DNA of 62,634 nucleotides, the filler included, from Nemertoderma westbladi (lineage: Eukaryota; Animalia; Xenacoelomorpha): the NCBI GenBank assembly GCA_032718475.1. It is 3 parts of 3 records of this genome, joined end to end, with 100 filler letters (N's around TTAATTAATTAA, not from the genome) between each part and the next. Parts side by side here need not be neighbours in the genome. Positions count along the whole stretch, not along the records: positions 23,407 to 52,727 come from JAUCBJ010000654.1; positions 52,828 to 62,634 come from JAUCBJ010002102.1; 1 more part is not named here. The stretch is one strand, 5' to 3'. The notes below the pieces were generated by a model, which was not told where the DNA came from, did no database searches, and saw only the letters and a list, made by a program, of their open reading frames with translations. The translations under genes were made by a program, and so were the position numbers. Below, piece after piece: positions 48,890 through 62,202 of the stretch (position 1 is the first letter of the stretch; each line of letters begins with the position of its first letter).

Positions 48890-51800
48890 CTTATTCATCA
48901 TGTACGCATACGACATTGTTACTTATATCAAACGCGCGGCCATTAACATTGCGGAGATCATTATTCTGTTATTCGCCGACGATTTATTGTTTTACAGTAA
49001 CTCTAGAGAAGCTATCCAGGCTGGTCTAGACGCCGTGTCTGCCTGGGCAACCGCGAACGGCCTCGAGGTTAATCTTAGTAAGACCGCCGTAATGAAGTTT
49101 AGACGCGGTGGTCGTCTGGCTGCCGCTGATACATTTACCTATAATGGCAAAGTTGTGAAAATTACGAACTCATATAAATATTTAGGGGTTACCTTTCAGA
49201 CTACATTAAAGTTCACAACCCATATAACTACATACAGTTCTCGCAAAGGCGATCACGGCAATTCACTATATTCCGAACCCGAAATTACTATCTGTTCGGA
49301 CTGCCATCAAGTTGTTTAAACTGAAAGTAATTCCTATGGCTACATACGGTATCAGAGAAACATGGCCACATCTGTCTACTGCAAACCTACACACTCTGGA
49401 CAGGATCAAAACGTCATTTTTAAAGAGAGTATTGGGGCTCCACAAGACAACTCAAAATAGACTATGTTAAACGAACTACCCCAGCCTAACCAATAAAGAC
49501 ACAAAACTGCTCTATTTACTAGACGGGGCAATCAGGAGCGTATAATTACTAATGTAGGGTTCAGGTACGGAAACCCACTACTTACCGTTGGATGGCGCTA
49601 ATCTGCCGTCCGCTAATATATTTTACTAAATTTCTACGACTCCTTCTAAATTCTCGTTCCTTTCTCTACCAATTGCTCGATAGAGAGCTAACTGTTCGAA
49701 TATATGAGCCACGCGGGAATAACCAAAACAATAAACCCGAATCGGCTCCCTAAGCTGACTTAAAACGAGTGTGAGAGATTTGACACTCAGAGTGTATTCT
49801 ATAGCCTAATATTACTGTAAAATTGCGCTTACAACTACGTCCTTTCTAATCGCATCTAATCGCAATACTGGGGTTCCCTAACGGAATGTGTGAATGTGAG
49901 AATATTTAAATAATCAAAAAATTGATGCAGCGTTTATTTTGGGACTCAGGCTTATCTGCGGCTGGCTTTAGGCCAGCAATTTACTGATGCGCGCTGCGTA
50001 CTGTATACTACGATGTGAATTTTGTCCGCTAATTCAAATAACCGCCCAGCGTGAATAGTGTACGGTACTCTAAATTTATTACCTAACTACCCTCCGCTAT
50101 GCAGCGTACAAATTCTTAATTTTACTAATTAATTTCAGTCACAAATATGTAACGGCGTACTAATTACTAAGTATTCCAGAATGCGTAATTCTAAATTATT
50201 ACGCAACGGGTCACACTAGCAACAGCCTAAAATACCGTATTATTTTCGACCTAATCAGAAATTAATTACAGTAAGCTAAGAAATAGAAATCAATCAAAGG
50301 GAAAGAGCACCTATCCAAGCATTCGTGATTTATTAGGCACACTTTAGTAACGCACCAATCAGCATTCAAACAACAATCGCAATCTACAGTTTAGCTAGCA
50401 ATTCACAACTCGCAACTCGCAACGTAAAGGATGCAGATCTCTCCCGGCTACGTCTAGGCTTCCTAACTAACCCAATTCCCGTCCCCCTAATACTACAAAA
50501 TAGAGACAAAACCTGGATCATCAGCCCCTAATTGCCGAGCCGGCGTACCTGACCCACTCTACGCTGCAACTTGCGCGCAATAGTAATCCCCCCAATGTTG
50601 CTTGTCTTTGAATCCTCCGCACTCCCGTCGTCGCTAACCCCCCGATGCGCCCGCCGCGCTTACCGGTACCCTAGCCCTCCATCAGAATGAGTAGCTACCG
50701 TAGCGGCACATGCAAATCACAAAAGTCTGACAGTCTGAGAAATCCCGTAGGATTATTGTCGAAAGGAATCACATAGAACCATTTACTAAAGGGTAGAAAT
50801 CATAGTTCCAACTTGTAATTAACAGCGATCATTGAGATTGATTGAGAAACACAATAAGAATCAAACAGAAATTGCAAATTTAGCGAATCATTGCAAGAAA
50901 TCAAAAAGGGCAGTAATTTACACAGAAAAACTAAGCATCGAATAATAGTTGAAGGTGAGCTGTGTGGGGTGTGGTGGATGACTAAGGATGTGTAAGCTGT
51001 GCAGACAATGGAAGTACGCCAATTTATAGGTGATTTGAGAAGGGTGATGCAATCGATCTCTCATTGGCTCCCCAATCCGAGCTAACATTAGACCAGCCTG
51101 GAAGCAGTTAGGCCAATAAGAGAGCCGGATTGTGGGCCTATAGCTCCCTGAAATCGTAAATTGCCACCATATAAGGTAATTTTCCCGATGCTTAATTTGG
51201 CGGTACTAATAATATCATGCACAAATATAAATTTAGCGCAATTATAGAGAAATTAAAACCAATAGCTAGCCTCATCAAGGCTAATAACGGCAAGCCCAGA
51301 TCCAGGGTCCAACAAGGACTTGCTACCCTGGAACTATCTACTTATATCCTATTACAAAACTACATAGGTAGGGCTACATACTATACAAAATGGATGAGTT
51401 CAAAATATATGGGCGTTTCAACTTCCTTATCTAAATATCATTGCGCATTATGCCTTATCTAAATAATTATACTGCATCACGGACTAATATATGATACTAT
51501 ATAATGAACTAATATATTATACTGTATAATGGACTAACATTATTATACTGTATAACGGACTAATATATTACGTAATGTAGGTACAGCGCCATATACCGTA
51601 ACAGACTAGCTCTAGCACTAACTGGTGAAAAAAACCTAGTAATCGACATCGCGGAACAATTAAACTTACCCCATACAGCGGCATATCTGCAGTACCCACA
51701 AATAGTTAATTACAAAATGACTGAAATCCCACCAGAGTTTTTCAGTTCAATTGCGTTCCAGAATAGACGATGGACGGGACCAAACTATAGTATAATAACC

Positions 51801-52110
51801 GACATGTTATTACTAGATTCTCAGTCCACGGCTTCCATTTCCGAATATGTTGCACGAAGGGATTCCACCAACAACCCGCTGACAGCTGTGTGTGTAATTT
51901 ATGTGGTGAGGCCGCACCGCTATATCACCTCATCGTCTGTTCCAGAAATACGAAACCGTAACTGCCTGGGCTTCATTATAAATCCGCTACACAAATTTAT
52001 AACTCTTTTATCTGATGGTTTTTATATTTATTTTATCATTTTGTGCTAATAATTTTAATGCAATTGTGTACAGTAGTCGGTGCCAAACTTTGGCTTAATA
52101 AATAAATATT
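48890..52110 (+). mobile_element. 5'-truncated LINE (RT C-terminus to CCHC finger) split by the 49465-51603 insert
   Basis: ILLFADDL, VNLSKTAVMKFRRGG, YKYLG, FLKRVLGL before the insert. The reading continues after 51608 to CVCNLCGEAAPLYHLIVC and an AATAAATAAATA tail. Confidence 0.85.
49465..51603 (-). mobile_element. 2,139-bp solo-LTR-like insertion
   Basis: TGTTA...TAACA termini and a perfect 5-bp TSD GACTA (49460-49464, 51604-51608). Minus-strand TATA (CCTATAAAT, ~51022-51030) with nearby CCAAT boxes, ~26-bp repeats at 51480-51570, no coding capacity. Confidence 0.8.
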
Positions 52111-52364
52111 ATAAGGCAATCCGTTTTTCTTCTTACTTATAGTGAGTTATACCCCATTCAACCAAAGTCATTGACAATGGCCTCCTCCATTAACATACAC
52201 TAATTCAATTAACTAAAAGTACTAAAACTTTACTTTTAATACGTCGACAAAATGTTTGAAGTTGAAGAAAGTAACGACTCGTTTGCATCTCAGCAGGAGC
52301 TAAAGAAGCGGGAAATGTCTTTCTGGCCTGTTCTATTTATTACATTTACTTACTAAGTTACTAG

Positions 52365-52620
52365 GCGGGCACTAATATCTCGCGGGCACTAATGTGTCGT
52401 GGGGACTAATGTCTCGCGGGCACTAACGTCCCATGGGACATTAGTGCCCGCGATAATGCGACGAAGTGACCGCGGGCACTAAAGGTACGGAGACATTAGT
52501 GCCCGCGGGCACTAAAGGTACTGAGTACTTTGAGATATTAGTGCCCGCGGGCACTAAAGGTACTGAGACATTAGTGCCCACGGGCACTAATGTCTCGCGG
52601 GTACTAACGTCCCAAGACCG
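52365..52620. repeat. Cluster of inverted and direct TTAGTGCCCGC motifs, probable transposon terminus related to the 51-bp satellite
   Basis: GCGGGCACTAA and TTAGTGCCCGC in both orientations, ending ...CTAACGTCCCAAGACCG. Confidence 0.65.
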
Positions 52621-52727
52621 GTAGATCGGAGCTACTGTATGTTTACTCTGCTGTTGTTTGGCATCTGGCTGGAGTGGGTGGGTTTTAATATCTGTAAGTG
52701 TGTTTGATAAATAATAAAGCAAGAAGT

Positions 52728-52827
52728 NNNNNNNNNNNNNNNNNNNNNNNNNNNNNNNNNNNNNNNNNNNNTTAATTAATTAANNNNNNNNNNNNNNNNN
52801 NNNNNNNNNNNNNNNNNNNNNNNNNNN
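52728..52827. other. Assembly gap with TTAATTAATTAA spacer
   Basis: N-run with a central TTAATTAATTAA. Confidence 0.97.
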
Positions 52828-54758
52828 CGTTATGTATATGTGTCTCCTAAACAATGTTATGTATATGTGTCTCCTAAACAACGTTATGTATATGTGTCTC
52901 CTAAACAACGTTATGTATATGTGTCTCCTAAACAACATTATGTATCTATGTCTCCTAAACAACGTTATGTATATGTGTCTCCTAAACAACATTATGTATC
53001 TATGTCTCCTAAACAACGTTATGTATATGTGTCTCCTAAACAACATTATGTATCTATGTCTCCTAAACAACGTTATGTATATGTGTCTCCTAAACAACGT
53101 TATGTATATGTGTCTCCTAAACAACGTTATGTCTATGTGTCTCCTAAACAACGTTATGTATATGTGTCTCCTAAACAACGTTATGTATATGTGTCTCCTA
53201 AACAACATTATGTATCTATGTCTCCTAAACAACGTTATGTATATGTGTCTCCTAAACAACGTTATGTCTATGTGTCTCCTAAACAACGTTATGTATATGT
53301 GTCTCCTAAACAACGTTATGTATATGTGTCTCCTAAACAACGTTATGTATATGTGTCTCCTAAACAACGTTATGTATATGTGTCTCCTAAACAGCGTAAT
53401 GTATATATGTCTCCTTAACAATGTTATGTATATGTGTCTCCTAAACAGCGTAATGTATATATGTCTCCTTAACAATGTTATGTATATGTGTCTCCTAAAC
53501 AACATTATGTATCTATGTCTCCTAAACAACGTTATGTATATATGTCTCCTTAACAATGTTATGTATATGTGTCTCCTAAACAATGTTATGTATATGTGTC
53601 TCCTAAACAACGTTATGTATATGTGTCTCCTAAACAATGTTATGTATATGTGTCTCCTAAACAACGTTATGTCTATGTGTCTCCTAAACAACGTTATGTA
53701 TATGTGTCTCCTAAACAACGTTATGTATATGTGTCTCCTAAACAACATTATGTATCTATGTCTCCTAAACAACGTTATGTATATGTGTCTCCTAAACAAC
53801 GTTATGTCTATGTGTCTCCTAAACAACGTTATGTATATGTGTCTCCTAAACAACGTTATGTATATGTGTCTCCTAAACAACGTTATGTATATGTGTATCC
53901 TAAACAACGTTATGTATATGTGTCTCCTAAACAGCGTAATGTATATATGTCTCCTTAACAATGTTATGTATATGTGTCTCCTAAACAATGTTATGTATAT
54001 GTGTCTCCTAAACAACGTTATGTATATGTGTCTCCTAAACAATGTTATGTATATGTGTCTCCTAAACAACGTTATGTATATGTGTCTCCTAAACAACGTT
54101 ATGTATATATGTCTCCTTAACAATGTTATGTATATGTGTCTCCTAAACAACGTTATGTATATATGTCTCCTTAACAATGTTATGTATATGTGTCTCCTAA
54201 ACAATGTTATGTATATGTGTCTCCTAAACAACGTTATGTATCTATGTCTCCTTAACAATGTTATGTATATGTGTCTCCTAAACAACGTTATGTATATGTG
54301 TCTCTAAACAACGTTATGTATATATGTCCCCCAAACAACGTTATGTATATGTGTCTCCTTAACAATGTTATGTATATGTGTCTCCTAAACAACGTTATGT
54401 ATATATGTCTCCTTAACAATGTTATGTATATGTGTCTCCTAAACAACGTTATGTATATGTGTCTCTAAACAACGTTATGTATATATGTCTCCTTAACAAT
54501 GTTATGTATATGTGTCTCCTAAACAATGTTATGTATATGTGTTTCCTAAACAACGTTATGTATATGTGTCTCCTAAACAACGTTATGTATATGTGTCTCC
54601 TAAACAACGTTATGTATATATGTCTCCTTAACAATGTTATGTATATGTGTCTCCTAAACAACGTTATGTATATATGTCTCCTTAACAATGTTATGTATAT
54701 GTGTCTCCAAAACAATGTTATGTATATGTGTCTCCTTAACAACGTAATGTATATGTGT
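52828..54758. repeat. 27-bp satellite, ~71 visible copies, open-ended at the gap
   Basis: Unit CGTTATGTATATGTGTCTCCTAAACAA. Confidence 0.96.
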
Positions 54759-54761
54759 TAG

Positions 54762-55060
54762 TATGTTACAAGTAACAATAGGGCTAGTTGTTCGGAATTA
54801 AAAAAGCAAAATTAAAAACAAAATAGCCAATATTAGTGAACAAAAAATTCCAGATCTCTTATTTTAACATAAAATAAAACATCACCATTACTTATGAAGT
54901 TTAAATAGTAATATAATTTACTAATTAATAAATATATGTTACAAGTAACAATAGGGCTAGTTTTTCAAAATTAAAAAAGCAAAAATTAAAAAAAAATTAC
55001 AAATATTAGTAAACAAAAATTTCCAGATCTCTTATTTTAACATAAAATAAATCATCACCA
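54762..55060. repeat. AT-rich direct duplication (~173-bp period)
   Basis: TATGTTACAAGTAACAATAGGGCTAGTT...TTCCAGATCTCTTATTTTAACATAAAATAAA occurs from ~54762 and ~54935. Confidence 0.8.
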
Positions 55061-55575
55061 CAAAAATTCATGATTGCTAAGTCACTGATCGAAAAATAGT
55101 TTTTGCAAAATTTCGTTCAAACCAAGTAATCTTTCTAAGACGCAACTTCTTTGACATAATGTAATACATCAACTCATTTTTTTGAAAAAGCCGTGCGAGT
55201 GACCGATTTAGAATACAAAATGTTAGAATTGTAATTATTTGATGGTATATTTCGTATATCAATTTAGGATCTTGTTCAAAAATCCAAAAAAACCTAAAAA
55301 AAGTGAAAATTTTGAAAATTTGACATTTTTGTGCCTTTTAACTCGTAACCATAGGGCATTTTGGTAATGCTATTAAATGGCATTGCAAATCATTTTATGA
55401 TATTAACAAAACATTAATAATTCTTTAATTTTTGATAGGATGGACCTGGTTTTTGTTTTACTCATTAAGTATGAGTTGCTTTAATTGAATTTGCTTTGAA
55501 AAATAAGTTTGCACATTCTAGCACAAACTTATGCGAGTCTTTCAAACACTGGCCCTATTGCGACTTTGCAAAGCA

Positions 55576-55577
<2 letters not shown>

Positions 55578-55625
<48 letters not shown>
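55578..55625. repeat. (GA)n microsatellite
   Basis: Direct reading. Confidence 0.95.
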
Positions 55626-55628
<3 letters not shown>

Positions 55629-57018
55629 TGATTTTTATAGGTATAGATTAATATTTTTACTCTCGATATTATCGTTATTTTTCAACACTCGATATTTTTA
55701 ATCGCGATATTTTTCAACTCTCGATATTTTTTCAATATAACCAATTATTATTCTGCGACAATGACAAGTGTCACCAATAACAACAGAATGGTGTCAAGTT
55801 TACTGGTATTTTCACAACATTCATTTATACATACATTTCAAAATGTATGTATTGCATTGCCTTCTGCATTGCATTGTATACCTTCATACATTGCGGCAAA
55901 CCTACTGCATGATCACAGCGCGCAGCACATTTCCTGCGGTGGAGGGTGGCCGACTACGACCAGGTTGGCGCAGTGATTAACATTATCGTTCCTTTTGAGG
56001 GAAACTCATCCCATAACAAAGTAAATGTTTTGAGTTTCGTATAAAAGTACGTACCGGTACGGCAACGACTCACAAAACAACGTTCTACTGAGCTGTAGAT
56101 TGTGTACTGCGAAGTAAACACTGAAATAGTTATTATACTGCTTATACATACATTACATTGGCAGTGCACCCTGTACCCTGTCTGTCTGCTACTGACACAG
56201 TTGTACCGTAGCTAGGACAGATTAATGAATAACATCAGTAATATATTGCAGCAACATTGTATTGAGATGAATATGGATAAAGCTCGAATATGACGCTATT
56301 TATTCAGTGTATCTTGTAATGTTGTAAACTCTGGACTTTTTATTAGCACAATTTTCTACATTAATACGGTACACATAATGCACACACAGTATATAATTAT
56401 TGATTTAAGATAACGCAGTATAGAAAAAATATGAATGATTATGTACAGTGGCACGTTATTTTAACCAAATCAATAAACTAAACACAATAGAACAGGTCAC
56501 AGTTTTATTTTTGAGAGTAAAGAGCTGTTATTTGAGTCCAATTTCCCCTAGAGGGATGCATTTTTATTGCGTCCAGTCCCCCCCCCTCCCCCCCCCCCCC
56601 CCCCCCCTATCGGAGCCCCCGATGGGGACACGTCCCCCCTGTCCAACTTTCAAGTAGAGGGGGACGCTATACCATATGTCCACAGCACTTTTAAAAATAT
56701 ATCAATCCAAATTTAACTACAAACAATAAATAATTTAACTGAATGTATTTTATTGGTAGCCTACGAGCCATATTTTCTCTGTTGAGGTAATATAAAACTC
56801 CAGAGTGCAGTTTAAAACCTCCCAAACCAGGCCGGGAATCCAAAGCCAGGACAATATCAACCACATCCTTTATTTAGTTCCGGAATTAATCGCCCCGGCG
56901 GCTTTATTATATCTATTAAAGCTACACAAAACAGTATAGTACAACGAATGGTCATTAGCGGTGTTGTTGACGACCATGCAGAGCGATAATAATTTATCAT
57001 AATAATAATATTATATCT

Positions 57019-60000
57019 TGTGGGGATGGCGTCCAGCCACGAAACGAAAACGTATGAAAACTCAAGTTCGAGTGATTGCTGAGGGCATACTGCAGTACAG
57101 TGGTACAATTCTGTAGGTCGGCCTAGACTTCATCTCTAGGGTTGCTCGGCAACCGTAATAACAAAGTTTTGAGACTGTATAATGTATGTGGGGCTGCCAC
57201 ATGACCCCCCCCCAGTCTCGAAACGTATTATAGATAATCAGGTGGACGGACCGTCCGGCCCGATCGAGTTTGTACGGGCGGTTGGGCTGGGGTTGGTGGT
57301 CTTTGCGTTAGTACCGGCGGTGTAGGAGGTACCGGAGGTGCGTTCGGGGGTCGACCTCGGCGCCGCGGTTGGCCGAGAACGACCGGCTCGGTAAAATCGA
57401 GATGGGCCGGTTTGAGTCGGTCGACTGAAATCGTTTCAGTTCGACCGCCCATCTCGATCTTAAATGTTTTGGGTCCGGGGGTGAGGACCTTGTAAGGCCC
57501 CTCGTAGGGGCGTTCAAATGGCGTCCGGTGGGCGTCGCGCCGGACGAAAACGTAGGTAGCGTCGTGGAGGTCCGGTGGAACCGACGACGGAGTCAGTCCG
57601 TGGCGTGACGTTGGTACCGGAGCGAACCGCCCGACCGTATCCCGGAGTTGAGGGAGGATTGTGGATGGCGAGTGCTGGGCGCCCGTAGCCGGCAGAAGGA
57701 ACTCGCCCGGGATGGTGAGGGGGGCACCGTAGACCAGCTCGGCGGAGGAGGTCCCCAAGTCATCCTTGGGAGCGGTCCGGATTCAGAGGAGAACCCACGG
57801 CAACTCGTCGACCCAATCGGGGCCGGTGAGCGAGGCCTGCAGGGCGGACTTTAGGTGGCGGTGGAAACATTCCACCAGTCCGTTCGCCTGCGGGTGGTAG
57901 GCCATGGTGCGGTGCAGTTGGGTGCCCAGCAGCTGGTTGATGGCGGACCAGAGCTGGGAGGTAAACTGCGAACCGCGGTCGGAGGAGAGATCCGCGGGGA
58001 CGCCGAACCGAGACATCCAGTTGGAGATGAGAGCCTGGGCGCAACTCTCGGTGGAGGTCTCAGTGAGGGGCACGGCCTCTGGCCACCGAGTGAACCGGTC
58101 TACCATCGTCAGCAGGTGAGTGAACCTGCGCGATGGTGGTAGAGGGCCGACCAGATCCACGTGGATGTGGTCGAACCTGGCGGTGGGGGGTGGCGAAGCT
58201 GCCGAGGGGCGCGCGGACGTGGCGTTGCACCTTGGAAGACTGGCAAGGGATGCAGGTCTTCGCCCACCTCTTTGCGGAGGCCGTGCCACACGAACCTGTC
58301 GGCGACGAGTTTCTTGGTGGTACGAGCGCCGGGGTGAGACAGGCCGTGTAGGGCGTCGAAGACGCGCCGTCGCCAGGCGTCGGGGACGACGGGGCGCGGG
58401 TGTCCGAGAGAAACGTCGCAAAGTAGAGTGGCGTTAGCGGGGGCGAGCGGGACGTCTTCCAGTTGGAGGCCGGACACGGCGGAGCGGTAGGTTGGCAGCT
58501 CGGGGACGGCGAGTTGGGCAGCCGCCATAGCCGTGTAGTTGAGTCCGGGGAGGAGGGTTCAAACCGCGCTGACGGTAGTCCTGGAGAGCGCATATGCCAC
58601 ACAGTTGTCTTTGCCGGCGACGTGTTCGATCGCCGTGGTGAACTCGGAAATGTAGGCGATGTGCCATTGTTGCCAATTCGACCACGGGTCGCTGATCTTG
58701 GCGAATGCGAACGTCAGGGGTTTGTGGTCTGTGTAGGCGGTGAATACGCGGCCCTCCAGGTAGTACCGGAAGTGGCGAACAGCGAGGTACAGAGCAAGGA
58801 GTTCCCGGTCGAATGCGCTGTACTTCACCTCCGGGGGTCGAAGTTGGCGGCTGAAGAATGCCAGGGGGCGCCACGAGTCGCCGACGAGCTGTTCTAGAAC
58901 AGCGCCCACCGCCGTGCCGGATGCGTCCACGGTGAGCGCCGTCGGTGCATTGGCGTTGGGTGGGCGAGCATCGTGGCGTTGGCGAGGGCTTCCTTGGTGT
59001 TCCGGAACGCCATGTTAGGGGTCCAGTCGAGGGACTTGGGTTTACCGGCAAGGGCCGCGTAGAGGGACCACATGATGGCGCCGGCGGCGGGGACGAACCG
59101 ATGATAGAAGTTCACCATCCCCACGAAGTCCTGCAGGCCCTTGACGGTGGTCGGCTGGGTGAACTCCCGGATGGCGGCGACCTTGTCAGGGAGTGGGATG
59201 GCGCCGTGGGCCGAGATTCAGTGGCCGAGGAAGTCAATGGTCGACCGACCGAACTTGCACTTGGCGAGGTTGATCACGAGGCCGTGTTCTTGGAGGCGCG
59301 TGAAGAGCTGACGGAGGTGGTCACGGTGTTCCTTGGGGGACCGACTCGCGACGAGGACGTCATCTAGGTAGACGAAGAGGAAGTCGAGTCCCTGGCACAC
59401 CGTGTCCATCAGTCTCTGGAAGGCCTGGGCCGCGTTCTTCAGCCCGAACGGCATTCAAAGGAATTCAAACAGGCCAAACGTGGTTATAACCGCGGTCTTG
59501 GCGATGTCGGCCTCGGTTACGGGGATCTGGTGGTAGCCGTGCACCAGATCGATCTTAGAAAAGATCTTCGCCCCAGCCAGTCTGGAGGAGAAGTCCTGGA
59601 TATGGGGGATGGGGTACCGGTCCGGAGTCGTGGTGTCGTTGAGGCGTCGGTAGTCGCCACACGGCCGCCATCCACCCGAGGGTTTAGGGGCCATGTGGAG
59701 GGGTGACGCCCAAGGACTGTTGGACCGGCGGATGATCCCCATCTCCTCCATCTTCCGGAACTCGTCCCGCGCGATCTCGAGTTTGTCTGGAGGCAGATGA
59801 CGGGCGCGGGAGTAGACCGCGGGGGTCCCTCGGTGGGGATGTAATGTTCGACCCCGTGTTTCGCGGTGGGGTCGGAGAACCAAGGGATCGTAATATCGGG
59901 GAACTCGGCGAGGAGCCGAGGAAACTCGTCGTCTGAGGCGGTGACAGAACCGAGGTGGGGGGCGTGGCCCGTAGTCCGCCCACACGGGATCGAGGTCAAT

Positions 60001-61239
60001 GTCTCGGCGTTGACCAGATGGCGGCCTCTCAGGTCGACCGGCTCTGAGGAGAGGCTGGGCGACGTCAGCCGCGATAAACTTCCACTGGAACCGGCGAGAG
60101 TGGAAGTCGAGTTTGACGGAGCGGTCGCCGTACGTTCGAATGTACATTTTGTTGGCAGCGAGGAGGGGTGGCCCGCTCTGTCCTGAACGTTCCTCGCGAG
60201 TCGTTGCGGGAATAACGCTTACCTCCGCCCCGGTGTCGACCAAGAAGCGTTTCCCGGAAACGCGGTCCCAGGCAAACAGCAGCCGGTCAGTGTGGCCGGC
60301 CATTGTAGCTGCTACAAACGGCCGGCCGGGGCGTTTCCCTTGTAACTGCAGGGCGGGCGGCACTTCCTGGCTGTGGGGCCGAACGTCTGGTGATAATAGC
60401 ACCAGTCCGGGTTCGAGTTCGGGGCCCATGGGGTGGGAGTCAACGCCGACGAAGAGTTCTTGCCGGTTCGCTGCGGCGGGACCGGCGTCGGTTTCCTGAG
60501 GCGTGGGCCGCGAGTGAGGTCTGCCGGGAGGCCTCCCACAGCGCGTCGGCCCGGTCCACAACCCTGTCGAGGTCGCGGAAGTCCTCTTCCGCGAGTTGGA
60601 GGCGGATTGCGGCGGGCATCTGCCGGAGGAAGGCCTCCTCAAAGAGGAGTCCCGCGTTGTCGTCGCCGAGGAGTGCCTGCATTTCTCCGAGGAGTTGCGA
60701 GGGGCGCCGGTCACCGAGGCCGTCGAGGTCCCATAGTCGGGCTACGCGCTCGCGTCGGGAGAGCCCAAAGGCCTTGAGAAGTTGGCCCTTGAGTTTGAGG
60801 TACTTATCAGTAGCGGGAGGGTTCCGGATGAGTTTTAGGAGGTGAGCGGCTGTCTCCTGGTCGAGGGCCCCCACCACGTAATAATATTTTGTAGCGTCCT
60901 CGGTGATGCTCCGTATGTGGAACTGCGCCTCCGCCTGGGCGAACCACACCTCGGGTTGGGTGGTCCAGAATGGAGGCAGTTTAATAGAAACGGCGTTGGC
61001 GGTCGCTTCGGCCATTGTCGTCAACACAGTTTCAGTGGCTGTTCCAGTTCGATTGCAGGATCGTGTTGCGAGTCGCGGTCTCAAGAGTTCGTCTTGAGAC
61101 GCTGGGTCACCAGTGGGGATGGCGTCCAGCCACGAAACGAAAACGTATGAAAACTCAAGTTCGAGTGATTGCTGAGGGCATACTGCAGTACAGTGGTACA
61201 ATTCTGTAGGTCGGCCTAGACTTCATATCTAGGGTTGCT
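57019..61239 (-). mobile_element. Near-complete degenerate Ty3/Gypsy element of the CsRn1 clade
   Basis: 3' LTR 57019-57201 (TGTGG...CCACA) with adjacent G9 PPT. 5' LTR 61112-61239 is near-identical but truncated. PBS TGGTGACCC is tRNA-Trp-like. gag KLPPFW...WFAQAEAQF with CHCC motif CYYH-x9-C-x3-C; protease FLVDTGA; [21 protein letters not shown]; RNase H DAS, DRELLA, TDHKPL; integrase HVDLVGPLP, SDRGSQF, YHPQANG, PYEGPY. Many frameshifts and stops. Confidence 0.93.
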
Positions 61240-62202
61240 AGGGGGTATAACTTTTGCGTAGAGGTATAGCCTACATAGAGGCTACATGTAGGTATGTGTA
61301 GCCTACATGTAGATGCACGTGTAGGGTGAATGTAGGTAGGTGTAGGTAGGTCTTTAAAAACAACAATGATGAATGAATAGGCCTACACGGGGTACCCGGA
61401 CCCGAACTTCCTCGATGAGATGCGAATGCGGCGAACGGGGGTGGTACCCGGAACAACCACGAAGAGATGCGCACATGGCTGTATGGCGGGCGGTGGCACC
61501 CGAGACAACCAGGAGGAGATGCGAATACGTCGAATGGGGGTCCCCTGAATACCCACGAGACGGAGCCTATCAATACTACAGTACTGACAAAGGAAAAAAC
61601 GACTGAACGATATACCGATACATACTGTAGATCTTATGATCCTGCGGGTTCAGGCATGGAGGGGGAGGCTAATGACTTTGTATGGGCCGAACGGCCCGAA
61701 CCTGATGTTTCCAGTCAAGGAGGAATCGACTAACGGTTAGGGTTAGAGCTCGTCGTCGGTGTCCATGAGGGTCTGAGGATGAGTGGGTGATTCAACAAAA
61801 CGCTAACAATGATACCGGACTGACTGATTGAACCGCAGAGTGGCGATGGTAGTCACATTTGTTAAATTTGTTTATCATTTGTTAATTTTTTTCACCAATT
61901 TGATGGTAGTCAAATTGGTGACACATTTTCAAAATACTTGTAGCAATTTACGTTATAGCAATACTGTATATGTAAAAAATAAAATTTGAGATTGCACGAA
62001 ATTTGACATACAGAATGACCTCTCTATTTTCTGGAAAAGGAAACTTATTGCAAGGTTTAAGGATTTAGAATAATATATAATTATGAGAATAAATTAATTA
62101 ATGGTTGTGATTATGTGCCATATTACTGAATGCTTTTAAGAAATTGGTTGCAAACTAGTTGCAAAGACATAGACGTTTAATATATGAATTGAATAGGCCT
62201 AA

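Noticed and set aside
52780-54761. ~500-aa RRHIYITLF and MYMCLLNNV ORFs
   Set aside because: 27-bp satellite that is open on both strands by chance.
61400-61570. Three imperfect ~56-bp GAGATGCG...GGTGG.ACCCG repeats as a structured RNA or gene
   Set aside because: Too degenerate and short to support a call; probably part of the element that truncates the 5' LTR.
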